Both the position numbers and the translations under genes were made by a program. A DNA stretch of 59,159 nt, filler included, from Sphacelaria rigidula (taxonomy: Eukaryota), in the NCBI GenBank assembly GCA_964200075.2. It is 7 parts of 7 records of this genome, joined end to end, with 100 filler letters (N's around TTAATTAATTAA, not from the genome) between each part and the next. Parts side by side here need not be neighbours in the genome. Positions count along the whole stretch, not along the records: positions 1 to 8,367 come from CAXNAA020011372.1; positions 8,468 to 16,834 come from CAXNAA020011373.1; 5 more parts are not named here. One strand, 5' to 3'. This document shows positions 1-13,792 of this stretch, one piece after another. The notes below the pieces were generated by a model, which did no database searches, was not told where the DNA came from, and saw only the letters and a program-made list of their open reading frames with translations. Within the stretch, counting starts at the first letter, position 1; each line of letters begins with the position of its first letter.

Positions 1-109
1 CAAGGTAAGCAACAAATGAGTACGCCCCCCCCCCCCCTCTCCGGAGGACATTTTTTCGAAAATTGTCCTGTTTTTGTATTGTCAACTTTGTCGCAACAAA
101 TTGGACCAA

Positions 110-346
110 TGCCGAGATAGCCCCCCCACAAAAAGTGCACCGCCGCCGTCCAACAAACCGGCTGCGATCCTACTATTGGGCTCGTTTTCAGCAATTACGC
201 TCAGATGAAAGGCGTGTAGCAGTCCGAAATAAGCTAAAACGCCCAAATGAATCGCGTCGTGCAACACGAAATCAGCTCTAACGGCGTTTATCACCATCAC
301 CTCCGTGCACGTTTTTAGCCGGTTCGCGGGGGGGGCTATCTTGGCA
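110..346. mobile_element. Small MITE-like element
   Basis: Terminal inverted repeats tgccgagatagccccccc / gggggggctatcttggca, with GTGCAC near both ends; no coding capacity. Confidence 0.5.
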
Positions 347-1194
347 GCAGTCATTGACCAATGAAAAACACTGACAAAAACCGAAAAGTCTGGTGGGCTT
401 TGCGGTGTTTGCATTTTTGCTCCTGCTCCTTTATATATATTTATATAAATATATAACACAAGGAGCATATATAATGTATACAGTATATACTATATACTAT
501 ATCATACGTCAAGGAGCAGAAGCACACATAATGCGATGTGGACGCGTGTCGATAACGATATCACCAGAGAGAGAAGCAACGACAGAGAGGAAGCTCCTCG
601 CTCGTGTCCTCTATGTGTCCTCGCCGGGTGATTACCAAACTCTCGAGAGACTGACATCATCGATCTTACCAGCATGTGCCCAATTTTCCATGTGCCAGAT
701 CATCGAGCTGCGGAGAGATTTCCTCTTTTCTCACAATTTGCCTGTCGAGCTCACCAATGCGAAGATCGATCTCTCTCTGTCTCTCCTTTTGGACAGGACG
801 CGCTTCTGTGCGCTGAAAAACATGTCGTTGAAAAATAGGGCAATGTTCCCGTCACCACTACTACTGTTCTCTGTCACACATGCCAGCAAGGGCGGTGGTG
901 CGGCCATGACGAATATATTCAATCTGAACTTGGGGGGTGTTATTCATCGTTGATACTACCCACATCTGACCCTCTGGATCCCGACGAGAACAGCGTGCCA
1001 CACGCCAGGTGAGGGGCGTGTATGAGAGATCGAACACTTGTCGAGCCCTTTTTGACATACGGAGTGAGAAAAACTACGTATGGTGGTGACCTAACTGTTG
1101 CTAGCGTGGCGCATAGGAGTCCGTCCATGCTGCAATCTGGAGCACACGCTGGTCGCGTGAACACCTCCGTACAGTTTGTTTGTTTTTTCCTCAC

Positions 1195-1484
1195 ACCTTG
1201 AACCTCACCCCTTCCTCAGGATGAGTCCGTAGTCTCAAGGGATCAACCCCTCCCTCCCCCGGTACGCGCCTTGTATTTTGGTCTCGCGGATTGGGTCAGC
1301 AATCCCGCACCGCGTCAACTCACGTCACACAAATCCAGTCGACTACTTTGTTTACCCACAATCTCACGCTTTCCACGGTGGAAATCATAAATTACGGAGA
1401 AAAAACCCAACGCATCGGGAATTGAATCCCCGTTCTCTCCACCCTAATGGTGACAGTCGGACCAATACATCACCGGGGCGCGAC
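1195..1484 (-). mobile_element. tRNA-derived SINE, family B
   Basis: Reverse complement of the element at 56999-57306, with a tRNA-like head, shared body and ...cccttgagaccacggactc... tail. Confidence 0.8.
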
Positions 1485-1800
1485 AGTACGAGTAGCTTTC
1501 CAGAATTATTCCGATGTGAGGAGTTCATGCATTACAAACTGGGACGAGAATGCTCGACGATCAGCCACTTCTTGTCGTTGCATTTGAGACCCACGCCATC
1601 AACCGCCGACAGACAGCAAAGGTCTTGTGGCTTTCACGGAACGCTGTCGGTAGCACGGCAGGCGAACCCGATTATAGCTAGCTTTCGTTGCTACGTATTT
1701 CCTCCCGACCGAAGTTCGCAACAGGTATGAAAGCTAAACAGTCGATTTTTCTCAACTACATCCACCCAGTTCAAACGACTCTCAAGACCTGAGGGAGGGC

Positions 1801-2218
1801 TAATCGACATACTTACGCTCCAGGATCTGCCTGGATACGAAGGAAATAGATATGGAGAATGGATCATGACGTGCAGGGGAAATACGAATAAGAGATCATT
1901 CTGTTATTTAAGGTATACCTATGTAGTGGTTGCAGTGCATATCTGCTGGGGCGGCACACGCTTTTTCGCGTGCCGAAAATCTGGGGTTATGACATGTCAT
2001 TTTGTATGAGCGTTTTCCCCAGGAATAATACCCCACTTCATTCAGTGTGGTGTTACGTGTCAGTTCTGATTCGGTGGTGGTTTCAGCAGGTGGTGTGTGT
2101 TATGTGAGAGTGGGCAAATATGAGTAAATTAATGATATAAATGATATCTGGTCTTAACTGGCCACGGCAGTCCTACATCTTCCCCGGCCACGCACCCGGT
2201 GCATGAGGCTTTCTATTA
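1801..2218 (+). repeat. 5' LTR (TAAT...ATTA termini)
   Basis: Matches 6553-6972; followed directly by the PBS. Confidence 0.92.
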
Positions 2219-2409
2219 TGGTAGCAATTTAAACCTGGGACAAGGCTCATGTACCGACTTGTAGGAATTTACACGTAGTAGGCTTAAATCAGGCTACGCA
2301 GCCGCAAAAGGAGATTTAAAACGGATTTCACAACGAGGCATCGAAACGCGCATACGCCGCAGACAACGAGAAGGACAACATCATTAACGGACAGCATCAC
2401 AGCGCCACA

Positions 2410-2690
2410 AGAGCTAACTGGAGCAGAAAGGTACCCAAGACCGGCAGCGGAAACACCCCTCGGCACGCGCGTCACCAACTCTAGCATCCAAACGCCAGTG
2501 AGCAGCTTTATCAAGGACAACAGCATCAGAGCTCTTCAGCTTATTATATCCCAGAAGGCATGTATTCATCTTTATTTTGTATATTTGAGCTAACCGGAGC
2601 AGCAGTAAGAGGTACCCAAGACCGGCAGCGGTAGTATCCCTCGGCACGCGCGTCACCCACTCTAGCATCCGAACGCCAATGAACAAGCCA
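2410..2690 (+). repeat. Two copies of an about 100-bp direct repeat in the LTR element leader
   Basis: gagctaac.ggagcag...ggtacccaagaccggcagcgg...cctcggcacgcgcgtcacc.actctagcatcc occurs at about 2411 and 2588. Confidence 0.85.
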
Positions 2691-3419
2691 CTTCCGGGAC
2701 GTCAACGTCATCAGCTTCCAAGCTCCTACTTCAACACGAGCGGCAGTGCTCAAGAAGGCACGTTTTACCTTTTAATTTTTCCTTCGATTTAAGATCGATT
2801 TTTTTCATAGAACCACCAGGATTGAAGAGTAGGATGACTTCAAGAATGTTTTGGTATCGATAGGTCGTCATTTTATTCTAGTTTGCGAGTTGGTTTGAGT
2901 ATTTTATTGCCTTGTAGAGTGTGATATGTCCTCGCTTCTACTGGAGTGGGGGTGTTATACAACGTCATACTAAGTGGAGATGAAGATTCATTTTGCAGGC
3001 TTACAGTCAGATTGTTTCTTGTCGGCAATATTTTGCCCTTCACCTTTCATCCCCTGTTTGTTGGATCACTGTTATGCCCTGCTTATCTATGCAGTATATT
3101 TCATACATGTATACCCCGAGGGTATGGATGTGATTTGATATTTCGTCGTGTAAGCGTGTTATATTCCGTCATCTACCGTCATTGCGTAGTTGACATGTCG
3201 GCCGGTTGATGTTTCGTGTTGGTTTGCTTTTCCATTCAGCATCACGCTCTGATCGCTCTGTAATGAGACGGAGCGCAAGTGTGATTTTGGAGTGTTTTAT
3301 GTGTGCCCTACTTTGATTCTCATCTGTTTGAGACTTTGGTTTTTCCCTTCTCCACTGCAGAATGATATGATCCCCTTGACTGTAGAAGGGAGTGTTATAT
3401 TCCGTCATCTACGGTAGTT

Positions 3420-5600
3420 GAACTTCCATTTTTGACTCGAGATGACTTCGACGAGAGATGTTGCGGTATACAGACATGCTGCCTTGTGTGCACAGCTACT
3501 TGTGTTCCGAACTGAATGGATTAAAAGTCGTGACTTCAACTGACCGCGATATACAGTACAGGAGGGCAAGATCACATTGGCTCGTGATGTGAGATGCGAT
3601 TGTTTTTTGTGTTGTCGGACATTGGACGCTGATCAAACACGTTGAGCGCGCAGACTGCAAACGGAAACAGAATTGCGAAGTGTTATGAATGATTTCACGT
3701 AGCATTTGTCATGCTCAACTATTTTCTGTATACTGTACTCCAGGCTAATCACTGCTTGTAGACTGTACTGCATTACAGTCTCCTGTGTATCGGCGTATGA
3801 CGGTACATTTCTCATGTTGCGGGCAAATGCGGACCAATGAATGATTTTGTTTTTTTTTTTTCTGCAGATTGTTTGTTGAGCATGCTTACACTATTTGTAG
3901 AGCGTAACGGTATATGAGAGCGCACCAGCCGGAATCTGACAGGGGGAGGGTCAACACAGGATTTGCTTTTTTTCCCTGTTTTTCTCGTCGACCGTTGGGG
4001 CAGAGTCTGTGTACCCACAGCATGATTGTGAAATGTTTTTCACCAAAATTCAATTATTTTGTTGCGTTGCAAGGAAAGACGCATGGGTTTGTAGGGGAGG
4101 AATTTCATCTTCAATATGTACGGTGTATTCGAATACTTTTCGCATTTTTGCATGAAATACAACGGACGACTTATCTCTGCGACTATTTTCTACCGCTACG
4201 CGTGACCTGCCCCCGATGATGCGAGCCAATCTGTATGGCGAGGCAACTGCTTTCGAACCCAGGCGGATGTGCACGCAAACGACGAAGCCCGGACCGCGAC
4301 ACCGCAAGAGTCAAACCGAAAACAGCGACCGCGGCCTGGGCGACGACAACACAACCGCTTGGGGGGCTTCGCAGGAGCCAGGGCAGGAACCAGACACGCT
4401 TTGGCATTTAGGTTTTTATCATTTGATTTCTTTGGGAGTTTGCATTTGATTCGGAATGTTTTCGTCTCGTTATTCGCAGCAACGTGACATGTCAACCATG
4501 TGTACCGTCCCGTGGTTGCATTTTTTTTGTTTGATTGTTCTAGTTTTTGTTCCCTACGCCCTACGAAGTATTACCGTAGTTTGGTTATGATTTTTTAGAC
4601 TTGATCCTCCACATGATTGCGATGATTTTTTTAATTATCGAGAAAGAAAAGAATAGGGGGGAATTGAGTATTTGCTTCCATCATTCTCTTTTCGGGTAGT
4701 TAAAAACGAAGAAAAATCATGTGATGAGGTTATCCACAGCGGAGAATTTCGGGAGGAAAATCATGGGATGGGATGATCCCCGGCGGGGTATTTTGGATAA
4801 TTTGATTAATCGGTTATTATAGATTTCAAAAGGGAATTTGATGTTTTGCGATCCGCGCTAACGTTTTTGGCAAAGTGATTCACCGACTCTGGATTTTGGG
4901 TTGGGCATTTTCAATTACGGAAAGAACATGGCGTGGATTCAACCTCGAGTATACTTCCGAGAGTAGAACGGTTTTTAGTCTTGGGTGTCACTAAACAATT
5001 GGCTATCCACCCGCCGTTCATCATGCGGGACTGACTGTGCACCAGAATAACTCACGATAATTGACTCTGGGGTCATCGATGTTATGTTTTCATGTACTAC
5101 CTGGAAGCAATGCCCCCTGCAAAATAATATGTAATATTGAATCAAGGGGGGCGTTTTAATACGGAGTAATTTATATTATGTTCTCTCCAATGTGGCGTTT
5201 ATTATATGAGTAATATCCGTCCTGATACTTGGGTGAGTGTACTGTTCATGCAGAGTAACTTCTTATCTGACTTCTTCGCATGCACTTGAACTTTGGTGTA
5301 CAGGGATTGATTTTTGTGAAAGAGAAAATATTCTAAGAGTGGGACGATGAGTTTGACGATTTTGGGAATTTATCGGGCCGGATAACGAGCGAAATTTGCA
5401 TCAAAGATCAGTATTTCGAAATTAAGTGGACTGATCAATCGCTAGTTTTGGTTACAATATTTTTAGTGCTTACAGAGTTTGGTATCGAGTTTCTCGCTGA
5501 TAGGATATATGCAGTACAAGTCGTTGTGAAATGCACGAGTGTACTGGTACATCAATTTTCTCTGGGTATTCTAGGGTCTATAAAGTGAACGAGGCTCGAA
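3420..5600 (+). pseudogene. pol: Heavily eroded Copia-type pol remnants
   Basis: Faint motifs in Copia order: IFDS at about 3428 (protease), EHG...YTxE..NG at about 4924-4972 (integrase) and MSNIRPD at about 5206-5226 (RT TRPDI). Many stops and indels. Confidence 0.4.
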
Positions 5601-6552
5601 GGAGATTTGTTCGTGTTCTGACATTAAAAGGATCCAAGCTTGCAAGTTTTCACTGATGTGGGTTCTATCAACTATTCTAGGTAGTTGATAGATGGTCGAC
5701 ATCAGGGAGGCTAATGTTGTTTTTCTAGGATAGAGACTGGTAAAAACACGAGCAGATCTTGTGTTCTGATGTTGGGACAGATGGGAAACCTATATATTTT
5801 TGTATTCGAGCATACCTCTAGTTTGAGCGATTTGAACTCGAGTTGATTCGATTTGAATTTGAATTTTGTTCTCGAACTCGAGGGAAAGTGGTACACACAC
5901 CACTACGGCAAGTTTTCATTTTTCAGTGTTTATTTTGCATAACATTTCGAGGAGTCATGTTATTGTTCAGTGGAATGATATCTCGGTCGCTTGACATGTT
6001 GAATGTGGACACTTGCCTGATGTAGACCGTGTTGTAGACGGTATGTTGAATCGAATTTCACGTAGACAACAGCATCTTATTACCATGAGAATAGTGCGTT
6101 TTTGACATATTCGAGTATTGGAGGTTGAGTGTGTTTCTCGAATGTCATCATGGAAACTGAGGAGTAAGAAAAGGGTGTCCACTATGCATTCATGTGTGAT
6201 TTTTGGTTGTTACAAGGAAGAGTCGGGAACTGGTAATGATTGAGATTGATACACATATGTCTATTTGTTTTGTGCTGACTGACGCAAACAATTGTTGAAA
6301 TGGAGCATGCGTAGGTTACGAAGAACTGATTATATTCAGGATTTGAGATTTCGATTGCTAAAGTAGACGAGTTTGCGACGTCTGTGCGTGGCTGAAAAGG
6401 TTTTTTCCTGACGGGATCGGCTTTTCTTTTTGAGTTCTTGGTAATATAGTATTGGATCCATGTCATGAAGAACTGACATATTTCCGCGTTTTAGAATGAG
6501 GCACTGTGTATTCAGGATAAACTATCAGTCCTAGAGCCGTAAGCAGGGAGGC

Positions 6553-6972
6553 TAATCGACATACTTACGCTCCAGGATCTGCCTGGATACGAAGGAAATA
6601 GATATGGAGAATGGATCATGACGTGCAGGGGAAATATGAATAAGAGATTATTCTGTTATTTAAGGTATACCCTATGTAGTGGTTGCAGTGCATATCTGCT
6701 GGGGCGGCACACGCCTTTTCGCGTGCCGAAAATCTGGGGTTATGACATGTCATTTTGTATGAGCGTTTTTCCAAGGAATTAGTACCCCACTTCATTCAGT
6801 GTGGTGTTATGTGTCAGTTCTGATTCGGTGGTGGTTTCAGCAGGTGGTGTGTGTTATGTGAGAGTGGGCAAATATGGGTAAATTAATTATATAAATGATA
6901 CCTGGTCTTAACTGGCCACGTCAGTCTTACAACTTCCCCGGCAACGCACCCGGTGCATGAGGCTTTCCATTA
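6553..6972 (+). repeat. 3' LTR (TAAT...ATTA termini)
   Basis: Matches 1801-2218; preceded by the PPT and followed by TSD AGGGC. Confidence 0.92.
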
Positions 6973-8819
6973 AGGGCGGCTTCCCTGTCCCCCCGCCAGG
7001 TATTGGTGAACGAAAATAGAGTTTGTACAACCGCATAAAACACTAATGGAGGTACGGAGAGTTTCTTCTCCATGAAAGTACGTGTTTCCCAACCTGCAAA
7101 GCGTTTCATGCGCATTTTTTTCTATTACGAACGGTAACTCGTCGATTGCTGTTCGGTTCTCCACGGACTGTCTGATGCCAATCCCAGAAAATTTTGGTAT
7201 TGCTGTTCGACGGTATCTTCGCGTGTTTAGCCAGACCCGAGGTGGCCACCTTTCCTCAGACCTTGAGAGTCGTTTGAATTGGGTGGATGTCGTTGAGAAA
7301 AATCGACTGTTTAGCTTTCATACCTGTTGCGAACTTCGGTCGGGAGTAAGTACGGTAGAGCAACGAAAGCCAACTGTGATCGGGTTCGCCTGCCGTACTA
7401 CCGACAGTTCGGTGTACCTGAAGAGGTATATCATGGGCAGAGTAGAGGCCGAGATGATCCCCGGAACCCCAACACTGAACCCGGCTTGCGTGGGGGAAGC
7501 TCGGGAAGTTCGGTCGAATGCTCCACGAGCGGCGCCGGCCTAAAAGCTGAAAAAACCTTGGACCGAACATATCTCAAGAACCGCGGCTACACATCGCTCA
7601 GTGAGCATATTGCTGTGGGGGGAGATCGTCATACGGGAACTGGTCGTGTGCGGAAAATAAAGTGGGTTAGGTACAGGTCGAACCGCCGTCTAATGGTCAG
7701 ACCGTCTTCATCACAGTGGAGAAAACGTGGGTTCATTCCCATCACATGCTTTCCCCCCCCCTTCGAAATATGATATTTCCACCGTCGAAAACGCGAGGAC
7801 ATGGAGCGCCCCAATCCAAGACTGCAACGTCACAAACACCGAACTGAATCGAAATTGAAAGCGCCCTGGACACAGGGCAATCTACATAGTTTACATTTTG
7901 CCACTATATGAGTCCAACTCTCTATTACTTTGCCACGGGGGTAATTCCTCTTCCTCCTCCACCCGAATACTGCATACCCTTTCTTCTTTCTGGCAGGTCC
8001 ATGTTCTCCACCCGAAATTCAATTATTGTAGTGTGAATATTTTTCGCCGAGTCCATTGAGCCATGCAGATATATGTTTTCACCCCTATCCTCTCTCTCAA
8101 CCTGCTATCAATCTTCAAGTGATCTTCCTTGTCTACTTTTCGTCATATCGCATGTTTCTCCGTTATTCTTTTTATGTTCAGAGCTTACTTTGTTTGAACC
8201 CCCCGCATTCACCTATATAGTTCTATCGAAGGATGGTAGTATGCGTTAACCACCGTTTTCAGCTATGTGACGTCGGATGAACAAAAAACGGTCGTGCGTA
8301 GACGTCAGAACCAGCCGACCGATTCCGTAATAACACCCCCCCCTTCCCCAGAAAAACGGCTGGTTTGNNNNNNNNNNNNNNNNNNNNNNNNNNNNNNNNN
8401 NNNNNNNNNNNTTAATTAATTAANNNNNNNNNNNNNNNNNNNNNNNNNNNNNNNNNNNNNNNNNNNNCACTTCCTCCTTCGTTGTGTACTCTGGTTCTGG
8501 TCTGTGGAAAGTTTCTCGTCCAGGAGGCTCAACCAGACCTAACCCGTCCGTCGACGACCGCTCCTCCTTCATCCTCATCGCCGAAACCAGTCTACACACC
8601 GACACACGCTTTTTTGTATCAAGGGTGTGCGTGCCAGCTTTCGACAGCGGTGTCAACTGCCTCCGCGCACACACGGAATCCCAACATGCCCACACTCAGG
8701 GTGTTGACACATTGAACTGCTTGTAATGCAGGATATGCCCGCACTGAGGGTGTTGGCATATTATAGTGCTGCATACAACAGGGGTGGGTGTGCCTGATGA
8801 GCACCGCGCTTACCCAACT

Positions 8820-9025
8820 CTAGTAATGTATGAATTCCACCGCAGAAAGCGTGAAAACGTGAGTAAACAGAGTAATTGACTGAGTTTGTTTGACGTGAGT
8901 TGACACCGTGCGGGAGTGCTGACCCAATCCGCGTGACCAAAATGACGGGCACGTACCGGAGGAGAGATGGGTTAATCCCTTGAGACCACGGACTCATCCC
9001 GAGGAAGGGGAGGGATTTGAAGTGT
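8820..9025 (+). mobile_element. 5'-truncated SINE family B copy
   Basis: Body and tail match 57095-57306. Confidence 0.75.
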
Positions 9026-9675
9026 GAGGGAAAAGAAAAAGCACCACACCACGGCCTTGGCCACGGGTCGTAGTAAGAAGAAATCACTCCTTGGAGGTGA
9101 TTCCGGCCCTACACCCGCCGGAAAGACCCTCCCCACGCCGTACCGACAAGACCGGTCATGGTCTTCGTTTTAGGACGGGGAACGGAGAGCAATGGGATGA
9201 AGATAGTTCTTGGAAATTTACGATACCAGGGTATTTCGAGATTTAAATACCTACCGTACCTGCCCAATCCAGTAATGTCATACCTACGATACCCACGCAT
9301 ACCACGGTATGAGATAACCCGGTGAATACCGGGGGTACGCTCGGTACGGTACCTTACCGACGGTGCCTGTGAAAGATTCAAACTGGAAAAAGTCAAAACT
9401 ACGTGGAAAAGAAACGGCGACATCTCCCGTCACGAAGATCCCGGTAAAATTTCGGCTATAAAATTAAAATCCTAAAATGCCGAGAAGGCAGGTTGCGACT
9501 TCACCATTTTCAAGTAATTGTTTCGAGTAGGGGTCTTACCATGGCGCGGTCACGCCGGGCCGGTGACCCACCCCACTATGGTGGAACCTCTGTTGTAAAG
9601 GGACAGGAAGGTGAGTTACTCAACCGACGCTCTCGAGTGTAAACTGGGCCCAACGTGGAATTTTTGTGTGACACC

Positions 9676-9760
9676 GCTGCGCCCTCTGTAATCTGAGTGG
9701 TACAGGAGACTCCACTTATGGAGGTGGCGAGTTTGAACCCCGGCATATGTTTTTTTTTCG
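9676..9760 (+). mobile_element. Degenerate tRNA-like SINE head
   Basis: A-box-like taatctgagtggta and B-box-like gagtttgaaccc followed by a T-run; no canonical cloverleaf. Confidence 0.35.
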
Positions 9761-12616
9761 CAAAATCTAGTTTCGTTCTTGAGGTAAACTATTATTTTCC
9801 ACTACATTTTTTTTATTTTAGCGGAAGGGGGCATGTATGACAAGGTTGGTCTGCAGTTCGCAGCGATGTACTCATATCGGGCTGCTTCGAGAAACTGAAA
9901 AAGGTGTTGTATGCTGAGGGGTTCTACGCCTCACGACTGGTCCAGCTCGTACGGCAAAACCGAAAACGACTAGGTTTAAGTTAGCTAGCCAGGCCACTAG
10001 TGTGGGTTCAAAATCAGTACTCTTACTTATTTGAGTGCTTCTCTTTCGCGCATTTTTTCGTTGCTTCAATTTATAGATGAGCCAGCTCTGCTGGGATAAC
10101 GCCAATTTTGCAGTTGTTTGGGACAAACTCGCTGACCGCTGCACCCCACGGCGGCAGAAGAGCCACGAGTTGACCCATGCACCGTTTTCGGGCTTCTGCC
10201 CTAAAGCAACTGTTGTCGAACTGTGAGACCATTTTCATTGCTCCTTGCCTTTTTTTTTCAGGTGATCGATTTTTCCGTTACATGAATAGAATGTACAGCA
10301 CTATTTGGGAGCGCTAACTTGGTCGCAGCCTGGTTGACACTTATCAACCAAAATTTTGTCATCAGCACGTGTCTTCCGCAATACCCGCCCAAAAGTCGCA
10401 TACGGTATTATGCTGATCCCCGAGGGGGTGGCACTAAGGCGGAAGGGTACCTTGGCCAATCAGCGGCCTTCAAGTTGTACTGAAATAGAGAATATGAATA
10501 TTAAAACCCAATCTCGACATGCTTCGAATTGCAGTAACCATCAGCTAGAGAATCTGACGGATTGTTTTTGAAAACGGTAATGATTGAACCAAATGATACG
10601 CAAACCGTGGTATATAAGTGATATGGGGTTATGGCGTCGCCGAATATTTGCTGATGGGCACCACAGACCGGAAAGGCCTCCTCATGGTTTTCCTTTAATC
10701 TGTGGTGGAAAAGCTCTGACCATCCTTAAAGGTTCGGTAGGTATTGATATTATTCCCAACGAGAAGAGGAAAATCTAGGATCGGAAAGTATTTCTAGTTT
10801 TCACTGCTCCAAACCAGTTTCCGGGGGTCTCAGTGTGAAGACCCCCGGAAGCCGGTACAAAATGTCTGAAAATATAAACTGAAGTTATGCATCTCGGGGT
10901 AGTCCAAGGAATCTCGATACAAGGTTTGGTTGCGTAACTCGAACACGTACAGCATTTTTTTCAGCGTTTTAACGTCAAACGAACCCAAAAGAGGCGTTTT
11001 AATATTAGAATCAAGTTGTTGAGAGTTTGTAACGGGCACGGAAACCTTCATCGTACGAAGAAGGGTGCAAACCCTCACACCGTTCTGAAACTTGCACTCA
11101 AGTACGAGAGTCATTGCAAAACTTTCGATGGACAATTTTTGTTTTACTCTTTTGCCCAGCACCAACGCAACAGCTTCAAGGTTCGCCGTTGCCCAACTTC
11201 CAATGCCAGACCCAATGTGACGTGAATCCGTCCGTAGTTTACAAGCCACAACAACTTGCATGCGCTGCTGGGGCAAAGCAAACTCCTGTCTATCGGCACC
11301 TTCTTGTACTGTACCACCCGTGTACTCGTACTGTCCTGCATTGCGGCAGGAAAAGAAAAACATCCCTGTACTGTAATTGTTGAACAAGATCGAGTGCTCA
11401 CCGCAGTGTTTGCGCAAAGGATTTGCACTCGTTTTTCTTTCTCGGACATGAATATACTCGTACGTTGGTTACTATAGAGGGAGCTCTGTCCCGTACCGAA
11501 ATGTAAATGTACGCACCCCAACGTGTCGTACTACAGGCTGGTTGACGCTCATTACCCAATAAGTTTTCATCGGCGAACCTTCACGCCGTTTTGTGGACTT
11601 GAACTCTAAACTTTTGCACGCATATACCACGGGTAATTTCGAAATCTTCGATGAAATAGTTTCGTTTTACTATCCGATGTTTTCACCGGTCTCCGGGGGT
11701 CCCAGGGGGAGACACACAGGGCGCATGATCCCCGAGGATCCTGGCATTAGAAGTTGAGCAACGACGAGCCTTTGAGCTGTTGCGTGAGTCCTGCGGATAC
11801 CTGTTCGTATCGTACGATTCCTGAGCACACAGCGTAGTGTGATCACCACGCGATGTTTTCGGGTATTTCCCATACCTGGCGGAACGTCAGCGAATGTTGC
11901 CTCTGGCAGTAAATGGGCAGCTGTAAAGGCATCATCTATCTATTTTGTTGCTTGGGTCCGGAACTTGTTACATAGCTGAACTGAGGCGATGGCTCCTACA
12001 CCGTACAGTTCCAACGACGAACTATCAATAGCCTCAACGAAAACTGCTCTCTAACAACGGGGCCTCTTTGGTCGGGAGAGCTTCAGACCAATTTATTTCA
12101 ACACGAGCTTGTTACACTCATGTTTCAGGAGAGGTCCCTCACGCCCCCAGCGGCACAAAGTAATGATGGTCAGTTTTAGGGCACTTCTCCTGTCAAACCT
12201 TCCGGCCAACCGCCTTTGAAAATATTCCAAGAAAATCGATGATCACTTGTGTGTAGTGTACGACCGCAATTTCGGATTTCCTACATACTGGTTCACCCCT
12301 ATCCAACTAATAACACTCATCGGCACAACTCCACGCCCTTTTTCGGAGTCAGACCCTGACATTTTGCACATGTGTGCTATGGGTCATTACGCAACTGTAC
12401 AAGACATGGAGTTCCCATATTTTTTCTGAGACTCCAGACTGTAAACAAGAACAACAAAACAAAACTTCACGAAATGAAAATAAGAAGAGAGATGCAAGGG
12501 AAACATACGAGAAATTGTTTCCCCTGAGGTCATTGGGAATGAAACAAAATGAAGAACCCTTCAGATCTTTTGAATAGCGCATCGAAAGAAAAAGGAAAGA
12601 GAAGAAGAAAAGGATC

Positions 12617-13190
12617 CAAGGGCAGGTCGAGAAGAGTATGCACTTTTGAGTACTAGAGTAAATTACCCAAGTATTTCGTCTGCTCAAACTTTGAGTGGGT
12701 CGAGTACGGCCTAAACTACTCGACTCAAATTTCGAGTAGATCGAGTACAGGTTACGTCACGGGCTACAAGGAGTATGAGCGAGTGGTGACCTTCAAAAAA
12801 CAAATAAAACGTCGAGATGGATAAACCTACCTGCCTCAGCTCACCTGCCCCCACGCATGGCAGTACATACTAGATACCCATACTCTACTCAAATTTTGAA
12901 CAGATTGAGTATGATCTCAAATACTCCACTCATTTTTGTGAGTAGATCGAGTACGGCCCCAAATACTACACTCAAATTTTGAGTAGATTGAGTTCGACCG
13001 CCAATTCTCTACTCAAATTTTGAGTAAGCACTCTCAGTAATACTCGAGTATCAAGTATGACCTCGAAACTCTACTCAAATTGTGGGTAGATTGAGTATGA
13101 CCTCAAATACTCTACTCAAAATTTGAGTACTTGAACTATGACTCTTCGAACATACTGAGTATTGAGTATACTCTACTCGACCTGCCCTTG
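12617..13190. mobile_element. MITE with CAAGGG termini and internal 41-bp palindromic repeats
   Basis: TIR caagggcaggtcgag / ctcgacctgcccttg; repeated ctctactcaaattttgagta units; no clear TSD. Confidence 0.8.
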
Positions 13191-13759
13191 GAAAGTGGCA
13201 AATTGGAAAGATGGCAAAAGGGGCTAGCGTGGACACCAAGCGAGGGTCAACTCAACAACCCCAGGCACCCTTACACCCAACCATCAAAGCTGTTCGGAAA
13301 GCCCGCAGATGCATTACCGAGTGTACTACGCGATGGGCTACTGGTTGCTTTCCGGAGGTCCTCGGTAAGTACTGGGGGAACTCTAGTGGCCGCACAGCAA
13401 ACAATTTCTTAGCATGGCATGCTTTGGTCCAGCCTGCCATGTACATTTTATAGCCCCCTCCTCTACGACTCGGGACCATTCGGACACATCTTGGGCAACC
13501 TGCCCACGGTTAACATTCAGCTCAACAGTGCTCTATCTGAGAAAAAAACCCATGAGATTCTCAACTCCTCAGGCCACCTCGAATCTATACGACACATTTC
13601 TTCAGAACCAGCCATACCGGAATGTTCGATACACATTTCGGTATGGTTTATCATGTAAACCAAACATCCCCTAGATCTCCCCCTCAATGCTCTGTCTCGA
13701 AAGGGATGCGTGGTCAAGGATTAAACGACTATTGTGAGGTAATCAACTAATACTGAGTA

Positions 13760-13792
<33 letters not shown>

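Larger units (their letters stand above)
1801..6972 (+). mobile_element. Complete non-autonomous LTR retrotransposon (LARD-like, probably Copia-derived)
   Basis: Direct repeats at 1801-2218 and 6553-6972 (about 17 differences by eye). 5-bp TSD AGGGC at 1796-1800 and 6973-6977. PBS TGGTAGCA at 2219 and polypurine tract aagcagggaggc before the 3' LTR. No long ORF inside. Confidence 0.92.
1644..7407. mobile_element. Fold-back element with about 150-bp inverted arms (1644-1794 and 7253-7407), interrupted by the LTR element
   Basis: ctgtcggtagcacggcaggcgaacccg...ctcaagacctgagg is an imperfect reverse complement of cctcagaccttgagag...cgggttcgcctgccgtactaccgacag. Confidence 0.7.

Noticed and set aside
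10830-12430. 195-aa ORF and a possible Ulp1-protease relic (PKQQN on the minus strand)
   Set aside because: Only one short motif with no supporting catalytic residues, so it cannot be assigned.
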